From: Nitrososphaerota archaeon | Lineage (GTDB): Archaea > Thermoproteota > Nitrososphaeria_A > Caldarchaeales > Calditenuaceae | Assembly (NCBI GenBank): GCA_041641295.1 | Contig: JBEPYO010000001.1 | Location: forward strand, 602,776-666,775 | Direction: 5' to 3' | Length of the DNA: 64,000 nt | Shown: piece after piece, positions 56,082 through 64,000 of the stretch | How the letters are laid out: every line of letters starts with the position of its first letter | Position numbering within the stretch: the first letter of the stretch is position 1 | Notes under the pieces: generated by a model | Told to the model about the DNA's origin: nothing | What the model saw: only the letters and a program-made list of their open reading frames with translations | Database searches by the model: none | Position numbers and translations under genes: made by a program

Positions 56082-56339
56082 TTAAGCCAAGAGTTCAGCC
56101 TTAACCAACGCATCTACAAGCTCTTTTATAGGCTCTCGAAGCTCATCTGGGTTTATCTCTGATATGTCTGCAACCTCCTGTATTACCTCCTCAACAGTCT
56201 TCTCCTCAAACCTATCCCAGATGGCTACAATCGACTCGTTCACAAGATACGCAACTCCTTTCTCGTTGACTAGGAGGAGCTCACCCTCCCCGGTCTGCGT
56301 GAGATATCCCTTCTTGTTTAGACGCTTTTCCTCAGCCAA
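56082..56339 (-). CDS. PqqD-family protein (RiPP recognition element-like peptide chaperone)
   Basis: 85 aa. LLLVNEKGVAYLVNESIVAIWDRFEEKTVEEVIQEVADIS...EPIKELVDALVKAELL matches the PqqD/RRE pattern. Confidence 0.55.
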   Translation of the reverse strand: MAEEKRLNKKGYLTQTGEGELLLVNEKGVAYLVNESIVAIWDRFEEKTVEEVIQEVADISEINPDELREPIKELVDALVKAELLA

Positions 56340-56426
56340 TTCAGCTATAGACTGGACCGCGCCTTATAACCCTTTACTGACTATTTCAAGCGAACTCGAA
56401 ATAAAAACTGGCAACGAGGGGCATTA

Positions 56427-57275
56427 ATGACATATATCGGCGATGCGCTGTTTTTCTCGATGGTCCCGGCCGGGCAGAACACGTCTTGGGGGTTGAGGAA
56501 CAGGCTCTCGAGGATAATTAAGCCGAAGGATGGCAGGACACTTATGCTTGCTGTAGACCACGGATATTTTCTGGGCCCTATCCGCGGCCTCGAGAACCCA
56601 AGGAGGACGATAACACCACTCCTTCCATACGTGGATGCGGTGATGCTTACGCGCGGTGTTCTAAGAACCTCGATAGACCCGGAGTATGATGTTCCCGTGG
56701 TCTTGAGGGTTTCAGGAGGGAATACGATTGATGGCCCCGCACTTGGTGATGAGGAGATTGTAACGTCGATGGAGGATGCTATCAGGCTTAACGCCTCCGC
56801 CCTCGCATTCTCAATATACGTAGGTACACAGTTCGAGCATCAGACACTCAAGTCGCTAGCTAGGCTTGTGGACGCTGGTGAGAGGTATGGGATACCTATT
56901 CTAGCGGTCACGGCTGTGGGGCGTGAGCTGGAGAAGAGGACTGCAAAATACATCGGGCTCGCATGCAGGGTCGCAGCTGAGCTGGGAGCGCACTTCATCA
57001 AGACATACTATACAGAGGACTTCCACAGGGTTGTGGACTCTGTCCCTGTACCGCTCGTGATTGCGGGCGGGCCTAAACTAGAGTCGGACCTAGATGTCTT
57101 ACAGCTCGCATACAACGCTGTATCAGAGGGCGCGGCGGGCATAGACTTCGGCCGCAACGTCTTCCAGAACCCCAACCCAATAGGCATGATCAAGGCGCTA
57201 CGGGGAATAATCCACGAAAACATGACACCGCAAGAGGCTGCAGAACTACTAAAGCCGGAGAAGATAAAAGCATAG
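56427..57275 (+). CDS. fba: Class I fructose-bisphosphate aldolase, archaeal DhnA family
   Basis: LMLAVDHGYFLGP motif and a Schiff-base Lys region (HFIKTYY). Confidence 0.7.
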   Translation: MTYIGDALFFSMVPAGQNTSWGLRNRLSRIIKPKDGRTLMLAVDHGYFLGPIRGLENPRRTITPLLPYVDAVMLTRGVLRTSIDPEYDVPVVLRVSGGNTIDGPALGDEEIVTSMEDAIRLNASALAFSIYVGTQFEHQTLKSLARLVDAGERYGIPILAVTAVGRELEKRTAKYIGLACRVAAELGAHFIKTYYTEDFHRVVDSVPVPLVIAGGPKLESDLDVLQLAYNAVSEGAAGIDFGRNVFQNPNPIGMIKALRGIIHENMTPQEAAELLKPEKIKA

Positions 57276-57487
57276 AGAATTTTGTAATCGGTATCGCGGT
57301 AGCAATCCTCTATCCTTTTTCTGTGATACTCGACGCTACGCTAAAAAGCATAGGTGTTGAGATAGCTACTTCTAGCTGGAGGTGAGACTTGTTTACCCTG
57401 CGCAGCCCTGTCATATACGCGACCTATTCTTTTATGCGTTAATCTATATAAAAAGCATATTAACCTGTTCATTTCCGTTAAGAAGCA

Positions 57488-59842
57488 ATGACGTTAACTA
57501 AGCTGTTCGGCGCTAAGGTTCGGCGTAAAGAGGACCCACGGCTCTTGACCGGCCGTGGAAAATTTACGGCCGACATACATCTTCCCGGGACTTGCTATGC
57601 CGTTTTTGTTAGAAGCATGCGCGCCCATGCCCGGATCAAATCTGTTGACGTCTCGGATGCGCTTAGAATGGAGGGCGTGATAGCTGCCTTGACAGGTCAG
57701 GATATTAAAGATGCGTTAGGGGCAGTGCCTACTGCTTGGCTGCTACCCGGAGCCGAGCTCAAAGTGCCTAGGTATATGCCGTTGGCGGTGGACCGGGTAA
57801 GGTATGTTGGAGACCCTTATGCTGTGGTTGTAGCCAGTTCGCCCTACATAGCGGTCGATGCTGCTGAGCGTGTCAAGGCTGAGTTTGAACCCCTTCCTTC
57901 AGTAACCAATCCTGAGAGGGCGGTCCAGCCCGGTGCGCCACAGCTCTATGACGATGTCCCAAATAATACTGCGCTTGTCTGGAGGGCCTCTGGCGGAGAT
58001 GTTGATGAAGTGTTTTCACGCGCAGATGTTATAGTCAAGCAGAAGATGTTTATTAATAGACTTCAGCCTACGCCGATAGAGACTAGGGGCGTTTTAGCCG
58101 TCTATGACAGGTATGCCGAGAAGGCCACCGTCTATATAACCAGCCAGTTTCCACACGTCCACAGGCTTCTTCTATCGGAGATTACAGGCATACCCGAACA
58201 CCGGCTCCGCGTGGTCTCCTACGACGTGGGAGGGGGATTCGGTTCAAAGGGTCACTGTTACGGAACAGAGGCAGTGGTCCTGTATTTGGCTATGAGGCTG
58301 GGAATTCCAATCAAGTGGATTGAGACGAGGGAGGAGAACTTTAAGTCGACTATCCATGCGAGGGAACGTGTCGTATATGCAGAGGCTGCGGCGGCTAGGG
58401 ACTGCAGGGTTCTGGGTCTTCGGGTGAAGTGTTACGCCAACTTGGGCGCCTATCTCTCTACATTTGCCCCCGGCATAGCTTCCTTAGTGTTTGGGGGCAC
58501 GTTCCCGGGCCCCTACAACATCCAAGCCGTCTCGGTCGAAGTAGTTGGGGCTTTGACCAATACAGCACCGGTTGATGCGTACAGGGGGGCTGGCATGCCT
58601 GAGGGCACATATGTTCTCGAACGCTTGATTGACTTGATTGCTAAGGAACTCAACATGGACCCTGCAGATGTTAGGGCGCGCAACTTTATTCCTAGAGATG
58701 CATTCCCATACCGCACACCCATGGGGCTTACCTATGATAGCGGTGACTATGAGAAGGCTTTCAGAAAGGCTCTCGAACTTGCAGAGTATTGGCGCTGGCG
58801 CGAAGAGCAAGAGCGCGGCAGGGCTGCAGGGCGGCTGATCGGAGTCGGTATCTCGAGCTTCGTGGAGCTCAGTGGGCTGGGGCCGTCGGCGGCTATGAGG
58901 GCTGTGGGGTTAAGCTTGGGATTCTGGGAGAGCGCAGTTGTGAGGGTTCACCCGACTGGAAAGGTTACAGTCTTCACCGGTGGTCATCCGCATGGGCAGG
59001 GTGAGGAGACCACCTTCGCCCAAATAGTTGCCGATAAGCTGGGAGTGTCTATCGAGGATGTTGATGTCGTCCACGGGGATACGGAACTCACCCCGTTTGG
59101 GCTGGGCACGTACGGTAGCAGGACAGCAACGGTCGGAGGCGGAGCCATAGCACTAGCATGTGACAGAATAATCGAGAAGGGAAGGAAGATCGCGGCCCAC
59201 TTGCTAGAGGTGCGTGAGGAGGACGTTGCATTTGAGGCGGGCAGATACTACGTGAAGGAGCTACCCGAGAGGCAGAAGAGTATACAGGAGGTGGCCCGCG
59301 CAGCCTACGCAGCCGGCGTCAACGAACTCCCACAAGGAGTAGAGCCAAGCCTAGAGGCCACGGCCTTCTACGACCCATCAAACTTCACGTTCCCATTCGG
59401 CACACACGTCTGCGTAGTCGAGGTCGACCCGGAGACCGGCCAAGTCAAGATTCTGAAATACGTGGCTGTAGATGATTGTGGAAACCAGATAAACCCGATG
59501 ATTGTTGAGGGACAGATTCATGGAGGAGTGTTGCAAGGGCTTGCTCAGGCGCTCTACGAGGAGGCGGTTTATGATGAGAGCGGCAACCTGCTGACCTCAA
59601 CGCTCGCCGACTACTTGGTGCCAACGACCGTAGAAGCACCTGACATCATCACAGATTTCACAGTCACTCCCTCCCCCCACAATCCACTGGGCGTTAAGGG
59701 TGTAGGTGAGGCCGGAACCATAGCCTCCACATCGGCAGTAGCCAATGCTGTTCTAGACGCCCTCACACACCTCGGGGTCAGACACATAGACATTCCACTC
59801 ACACCCGAGAAGATTTTGAGAGCGCTAGGAAAGATTCAATAA
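57488..59842 (+). CDS. Xanthine dehydrogenase/CO dehydrogenase family molybdopterin-binding large subunit
   Basis: 784 aa with XDH-family motifs (GGGFGSK and the C-terminal dimerisation region). No adjacent FAD or 2Fe-2S subunit genes. Confidence 0.75.
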   Translation: MTLTKLFGAKVRRKEDPRLLTGRGKFTADIHLPGTCYAVFVRSMRAHARIKSVDVSDALRMEGVIAALTGQDIKDALGAVPTAWLLPGAELKVPRYMPLAVDRVRYVGDPYAVVVASSPYIAVDAAERVKAEFEPLPSVTNPERAVQPGAPQLYDDVPNNTALVWRASGGDVDEVFSRADVIVKQKMFINRLQPTPIETRGVLAVYDRYAEKATVYITSQFPHVHRLLLSEITGIPEHRLRVVSYDVGGGFGSKGHCYGTEAVVLYLAMRLGIPIKWIETREENFKSTIHARERVVYAEAAAARDCRVLGLRVKCYANLGAYLSTFAPGIASLVFGGTFPGPYNIQAVSVEVVGALTNTAPVDAYRGAGMPEGTYVLERLIDLIAKELNMDPADVRARNFIPRDAFPYRTPMGLTYDSGDYEKAFRKALELAEYWRWREEQERGRAAGRLIGVGISSFVELSGLGPSAAMRAVGLSLGFWESAVVRVHPTGKVTVFTGGHPHGQGEETTFAQIVADKLGVSIEDVDVVHGDTELTPFGLGTYGSRTATVGGGAIALACDRIIEKGRKIAAHLLEVREEDVAFEAGRYYVKELPERQKSIQEVARAAYAAGVNELPQGVEPSLEATAFYDPSNFTFPFGTHVCVVEVDPETGQVKILKYVAVDDCGNQINPMIVEGQIHGGVLQGLAQALYEEAVYDESGNLLTSTLADYLVPTTVEAPDIITDFTVTPSPHNPLGVKGVGEAGTIASTSAVANAVLDALTHLGVRHIDIPLTPEKILRALGKIQ

Positions 59843-59913
59843 TGTGCTAGGACTCCCGCTAGTCAGCCGACGTATTTACTGGTATGGAGAGGCTGACAAC
59901 TTAGAACCCGTGT

Positions 59914-60738
59914 TTAATCTCCGACGATTATCCTTCCTTCCATACCTTGCTCGCGGTGCCCAGGGATGGAGCAGTAGAACGTATAGGTGCCTACCTGATC
60001 GAATGTAAGCACTCCCAAGGATGTGGACCGCTGAGGATTGTTTAGCTTGAAGCCAAGCTCGTCTATTGTGATGTCGTGCAGTTGGTTGTCAAAGTTCTTC
60101 ACCACTAGTACAATGTTATCTCCCCTGTCGACGGTGAACTCTTTAGTAGTTTTGTAGTTAACGCTCTCCTCCTCGATGTACAGCGTCGCGCCGGGTGAAC
60201 CACTAGCTAGGGGCCAGCCCGAGCCGCCTGGTGAGGCTGATGATAGGTAGGCAGTGAAGAGTGATCCCACCATCACGCCGAAGACTATCAGAGAAACTGC
60301 GTTAAGCTTGGAGACTTTAAGTGGTGTGATAGGTATCCTGCCCCTAATTTCTCGGAAGCCCTGTATAGCAAAGACGACTGAGAGGGGCGCGCCTAAAAGA
60401 AATGTAAGCGCAATTATGAATGAGTCTGGCTGGCTGCTAGGCCGTGAAAGTATTCCCAATATCTCTGTCACAAAGAGTGCTAGCGTGACCATCAGGCTTG
60501 CTGACCCCGCTAGAAAGCCCCACAACCTACCACGCAGTACCGCTATGAGCGAGGCTATGTAGGCTAGTATGAAGACGATGAAGGGTATTGCTGGAAACGG
60601 AAATCCAAAGCCGCCGAAAGCGATAAGGAAATAGGCGAAATATACTGAGCCGAGTGCCAGAATAACCGACATCGATATTTTGTTTATCGACCACCTGTGC
60701 ATAGTCTTAGAATGCTCTTCTGACATGATATTTTCCAT
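59914..60738 (-). CDS. Polytopic membrane protein with a C-terminal cupredoxin (blue copper) domain
   Basis: The Type-1 Cu ligand pattern ...YTFYCSIPGHREQGMEG (C, H, M) is present. Confidence 0.6.
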   Translation of the reverse strand: MENIMSEEHSKTMHRWSINKISMSVILALGSVYFAYFLIAFGGFGFPFPAIPFIVFILAYIASLIAVLRGRLWGFLAGSASLMVTLALFVTEILGILSRPSSQPDSFIIALTFLLGAPLSVVFAIQGFREIRGRIPITPLKVSKLNAVSLIVFGVMVGSLFTAYLSSASPGGSGWPLASGSPGATLYIEEESVNYKTTKEFTVDRGDNIVLVVKNFDNQLHDITIDELGFKLNNPQRSTSLGVLTFDQVGTYTFYCSIPGHREQGMEGRIIVGD

Positions 60739-60779
60739 GAGGGTAATATAAAATAGTTATGTGAATAACATAGTTCTGG

Positions 60780-61253
60780 TTGTCTCACATAGACTTATTA
60801 AGGTCATCTCCTATGAGTGTGGTCATGACAGCTGAACAGAACAAGACTGTCGTCAGAAAAATAATTGAAGAGGTGAATCGCGACCACAGCATTAGTAACA
60901 TAGACAACATACTAAGAAAATTCTATAATGATGAAATGGTTTACCATGGCACTGGCACAGGCGAGACACTTGATAAGAATGGTATGAAAGAGTTTTTCAG
61001 CATCTATTTTGCAGCTTTCCCCGACATGAAATTTGAGATCCAAGACCTCGTCGCAGAGGGCGACAAAGTGGTATACCGCATGACTGCAAAGGGCACGCAT
61101 AAAGGAGAATTGATGGGAATACCTGCTACAGGCAGAACTTTCTCGGTCAGGACGATTGGAATAATGCGGTTTAAGGATGGTAAGGTTGTGGAAGAGTGGG
61201 AAAACTTTGACGAGCTTGGTGTATTTCGACAGTTGGGCCTAGTCAAAGAATAG
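60780..61253 (+). CDS. SnoaL-like (NTF2-fold) ester/polyketide cyclase family protein; lower-GC gene
   Basis: SnoaL-like pattern (VYRMTAKGTHKGELMGIPATGRTFSVRTIGIMRFKDGKVVEEWENFD). Confidence 0.55.
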   Translation: MSHIDLLRSSPMSVVMTAEQNKTVVRKIIEEVNRDHSISNIDNILRKFYNDEMVYHGTGTGETLDKNGMKEFFSIYFAAFPDMKFEIQDLVAEGDKVVYRMTAKGTHKGELMGIPATGRTFSVRTIGIMRFKDGKVVEEWENFDELGVFRQLGLVKE

Positions 61254-61560
61254 AATAATGAAGTCAATATATTGACCTCACTTTAGCCCTGTAACACCGA
61301 GCATACGCTAGTATATTTGGCCGGCTCAAAAGTTATCCGCCATCTTTTTTACCAACATTTACTCTTGCATACGACCTAGTACAACTTGACAGTCACTGCC
61401 TCGCCCTGATAAAGGTTCTAAGAGCGCCTAGGGAGATTTGATGGGTTGTTAGGACCGTCGCGTATTCCGCTTTGAGTGTTAAAGTTCTTTAATAGAGGCA
61501 CCCTCAGGATTTATTGTTGGGGTAGTCCGTAGGCTTTTGTGGGGAGGGGTTTAGGGGCCA

Positions 61561-62694
61561 TTGAGGTTCTTCGCAACCACTGTGACTGGGCTTGAGGATG
61601 TAGCGGCTGCGGAGATCTCGAGGCTTCTTGGCGTAGATGTGGTTACCGATGTCTCGAAGGTCTTCTTCGATGCGTCGCCTGAGGGGTGTGCCCTCCTCAA
61701 CTACTCGGCCAAGAGTGTGAACAAGGTCTATCTGCTTGTGGCGCGGGGTGAGGCTACGGGTCTAGCCGAGATAGAAGGACTCGCGGCTGCGCCGAGCCTA
61801 GTTGAGCTTATCGATAGGGGGCAGAGTTTTGCGGTGAGAGCGGAGAGGCATGGTGAGCATGACTTCACCAGCTTGGACATAGCGGCGGCTGTGGGGGAGG
61901 CTATAATAGAGTCATACAAGAGTGCGACCGGCGTTAGGTTGAGGGTTGACCTCAACGACCCTGATGTCGAGTTTCTAGCCATCCTGAGGGATAGCGACTT
62001 TATCCTAGGTCTCAACACTACCGGCCTATCACTCCACCACAGATACTACAGGGTCCGACACCATAGGGCCGGCCTCTCCCCAACCGTCGCGTACTCGATG
62101 TTGATGATTGCTGGCTGGCAGCCAAGCGAATCCTTGCTAGACCCGTTCTGCGGCTCAGGAACAATCCCGATAGAGGCGGCAATACATGCCCTCAACATCC
62201 ACCCGGGAATAAGGATGGAAAACCTCGCGATGACGAGGCTTAGGATCTTCAGCCCCGCTATGCTTCGCCAGCTTAAGGAGAGGCTGATGAGTGAGGAGGA
62301 GTCTCCCAAGCCTCTGGATATAGCTGGGATAGATGCATCACCAAAAGCTCTCGCAGACGCGGAGACGAATCTAGAGATGGCCGGCTTAAAGGGGTGTGTA
62401 AATCTATCATTGGGAGACGCTCTGAATCTCGAGAAGTTCATCAAGAAGCCCTTCAGCAAGATCGTCTGCAACCCTCCATTCGGAGTGAGGATGGGGCTCC
62501 GCGACCCCTACAGCTTCTACACCAAGGCATTCTCATCTATGAGACGTGCCTCGCCGGGCGCGAGTCTCACACTTATTGCGAGTAAGCCTGTAGTTGTTGC
62601 CCGGGCCCTAGAAGATGTGGGCTGGACCGTGACGGGGGAGAGGAGGATAATGCTCGGCTCGATAGCCGCCCATATAATAAAAGCAGAGCAGTAA
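61561..62694 (+). CDS. trm14: THUMP-domain tRNA (guanine-N2) methyltransferase (Trm14/TrmN-like)
   Basis: N-terminal THUMP. Class I MTase motifs DPFCGSGTIPIEAA and CNPPFG. Confidence 0.75.
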   Translation: MRFFATTVTGLEDVAAAEISRLLGVDVVTDVSKVFFDASPEGCALLNYSAKSVNKVYLLVARGEATGLAEIEGLAAAPSLVELIDRGQSFAVRAERHGEHDFTSLDIAAAVGEAIIESYKSATGVRLRVDLNDPDVEFLAILRDSDFILGLNTTGLSLHHRYYRVRHHRAGLSPTVAYSMLMIAGWQPSESLLDPFCGSGTIPIEAAIHALNIHPGIRMENLAMTRLRIFSPAMLRQLKERLMSEEESPKPLDIAGIDASPKALADAETNLEMAGLKGCVNLSLGDALNLEKFIKKPFSKIVCNPPFGVRMGLRDPYSFYTKAFSSMRRASPGASLTLIASKPVVVARALEDVGWTVTGERRIMLGSIAAHIIKAEQ

Positions 62695-62700
62695 ACCCTG

Positions 62701-63345
62701 CTAAACTATCTGCTGATATTCCTCGCCTGGGACGGGCTGGGCGGTGAATTGCTCGATGGTCAGGGATGATAGGAGTTCAGGGGTGGCCTCTCCCCGCTCA
62801 ATCAGGTATCTTCGCGCGAGATACCAGAAGGCGAATGGGAGGGAGGTTCTGCCCCTATTATTCATGGGGATTATGAGGTCTATATTGTTGCAAACGTTGT
62901 CGGTGCTGCACATAGCTATTACCGGCTTCCTAGCGATCGAGGCCTCAACCACTGCCTGCAAGTCGTAGCGAGGGTCGGAAACCAGCACGACCTCTGGCTC
63001 GACATAGTATTTTAGTGTCCTATTTGTCAGGATTCCGGCCGGTATCTTGCCGGCGACGGGGATGCAGCCAGTAACCTCGCAGAACCTCTGAACAGCCCTT
63101 ATCCCATAGACGTGTGTTGAGACGACCAAGATTTTTGAGGGTTCGAACAGGGCCATGAACCGGGCCGCTATGTTCAGCCGCTCTAGGAGCTTCCTAGCCT
63201 CGAATAGGTATACCCCGTCCGGCCTCATCCTATATATGAAGCGCTCCATGTGGGCAACCTTTACCTTGGCTCCAAGATGCACTCCACTCTTAACGAGGAG
63301 CTCCTGAAGCTCCACGTCAGGTGAGAGATAGTCCCTAGCCTCCAA
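62701..63345 (-). CDS. rpsB: 30S ribosomal protein S2
   Basis: uS2 family pattern (VHLGAKVK...VVSTH...PVIAMCSTD). It is adjacent to eno, as in the conserved archaeal cluster. Confidence 0.85.
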   Translation of the reverse strand: MEARDYLSPDVELQELLVKSGVHLGAKVKVAHMERFIYRMRPDGVYLFEARKLLERLNIAARFMALFEPSKILVVSTHVYGIRAVQRFCEVTGCIPVAGKIPAGILTNRTLKYYVEPEVVLVSDPRYDLQAVVEASIARKPVIAMCSTDNVCNNIDLIIPMNNRGRTSLPFAFWYLARRYLIERGEATPELLSSLTIEQFTAQPVPGEEYQQIV

Positions 63346-63451
63346 GCATCATCACCGGGATAGCCACCCTCAAGCCTACCTCGCACAAGATATGGACAAT
63401 TCTGTATTCATATACCTTTACAGAGCCCTCCCCACACGCATCGAGAAGGGT

Positions 63452-64000
63452 TTAGGCAATCCTCCTGACCCTTGAGGCCCCAACTTCTTCGCTGATCCTG
63501 ACCAGCTCGTTGGCCTTGGCAATCCTTTCACCTCCCAGAACACCAGCCTTAATCACCTTACACCCCATTCCAACCGCAAGGTGCGAGAGATAGGCGTCGG
63601 TTGTCTCGCCTGACCTGTGGGAAGCGACAGGCACGGCACCACCCTTTAGGCAGGCCTCTACGGCGCCCCAAGTCTGGTATAGGCTCCCAACCTGGTTGGG
63701 CTTGATGATGGCCGCGTTGATAGCTCCCTTCTTGAGGCAGTCCTCGATCAGTTCTCGCCGCGTAACAACTAGGTCGTCGCCGCAGATTAGAGTGTTGGGT
63801 AGGCGTTTTCTCAGTTCGGCGAAGGCGTCTGGGTCATCCTCCAAGAATGGATCCTCTATGTATACTAGGTTTGCCTTTCCCGCCAACTCTTCGATGTAGT
63901 TTATGAATCCTTCACGGTCCAAGTAGAGGCCCTGGCTCTTCAAGACATATCTCCGCGAGGACTCATCATATATGCTCCCAGCAGCAACATCTAAGCCCAC
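63452..64000 (-). CDS. eno: Enolase, 5'-truncated at the window edge; only the C-terminal 182 aa are present
   Basis: IKPNQVGS and the SHRSGETTDAYLSHLAV enolase signature. Confidence 0.9.
   Translation of the reverse strand: MGLDVAAGSIYDESSRRYVLKSQGLYLDREGFINYIEELAGKANLVYIEDPFLEDDPDAFAELRKRLPNTLICGDDLVVTRRELIEDCLKKGAINAAIIKPNQVGSLYQTWGAVEACLKGGAVPVASHRSGETTDAYLSHLAVGMGCKVIKAGVLGGERIAKANELVRISEEVGASRVRRIA

Noticed and set aside
61254-61560. Candidate structured ncRNA (SRP RNA or RNase P RNA) in the 300-bp ORF-free gap
   Set aside because: GC content is too low for a hyperthermophile structured RNA, and no conserved SRP or RNase P motifs were recognised.
1-64000. CRISPR arrays, cas genes, transposases, IS elements
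   Set aside because: Scanned for regularly spaced direct repeats and transposase or DDE motifs; none were seen in this window.

Overview
This 64 kb window is a chromosomal segment from a high-GC (roughly 55-58%) hyperthermophilic crenarchaeon. Gene content resembles Desulfurococcales/Pyrodictiaceae: archaeal GAPDH-PGK, a LysW-mediated Lys/Arg biosynthesis cluster, a CdvB-like protein, Sec61beta, TFS, RpoL, Csl4, ABCE1, a VKOR/thioredoxin pair and leaderless TATA promoters. Most of the window is densely packed housekeeping genes, many on the minus strand with 4-nt overlaps. Recognisable blocks are: gap-pgk divergent from leuA/cimA; rpoL-tfs-tRNA-His; a cytoplasmic group-3b-like [NiFe] hydrogenase operon (hydB-cNMP-hydG-hydD-hydA-hycI) with hypA and an Mrp/MinD ATPase; glmS, thrC, tRNA-Ala and proS; a thioredoxin/VKOR disulfide module; trxB and nfi; an iron-type ABC importer; rpiA; argH plus the lysWXJK/argBCDX cluster; abcE1; an amino-acid ABC importer; fba; an orphan XDH-family Mo subunit; a Trm14-like methyltransferase; rpsB-eno. 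The most unusual items are as follows. (1) Two diverged paralogous 386-aa ORFs with tandem N-terminal HTH motifs plus a double-LAGLIDADG homing-endonuclease core. Each follows a 300-400 bp AT-rich non-coding leader, and each ends about 45-55 bp from, and convergent with, the 3' end of a tRNA gene (tRNA-His, and a tRNA-Arg with an 18-nt non-canonical insertion). (2) A cNMP-binding-domain gene translationally coupled inside the hydrogenase operon. (3) A low-GC island at 29.2-32.6 kb encoding a DCC-family thiol-disulfide oxidoreductase fused to a 12-cysteine hydrophobic tail, with membrane proteins on either side. (4) An unannotated 56-aa Lys/Ala-rich basic protein with a strong leaderless promoter. 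(5) An orphan PqqD-like (RiPP recognition element) gene. (6) rpoL has no canonical start codon. No CRISPR arrays, integrases or transposases were seen. All assignments come from reading motifs in the six-frame translation; no database searches were run.
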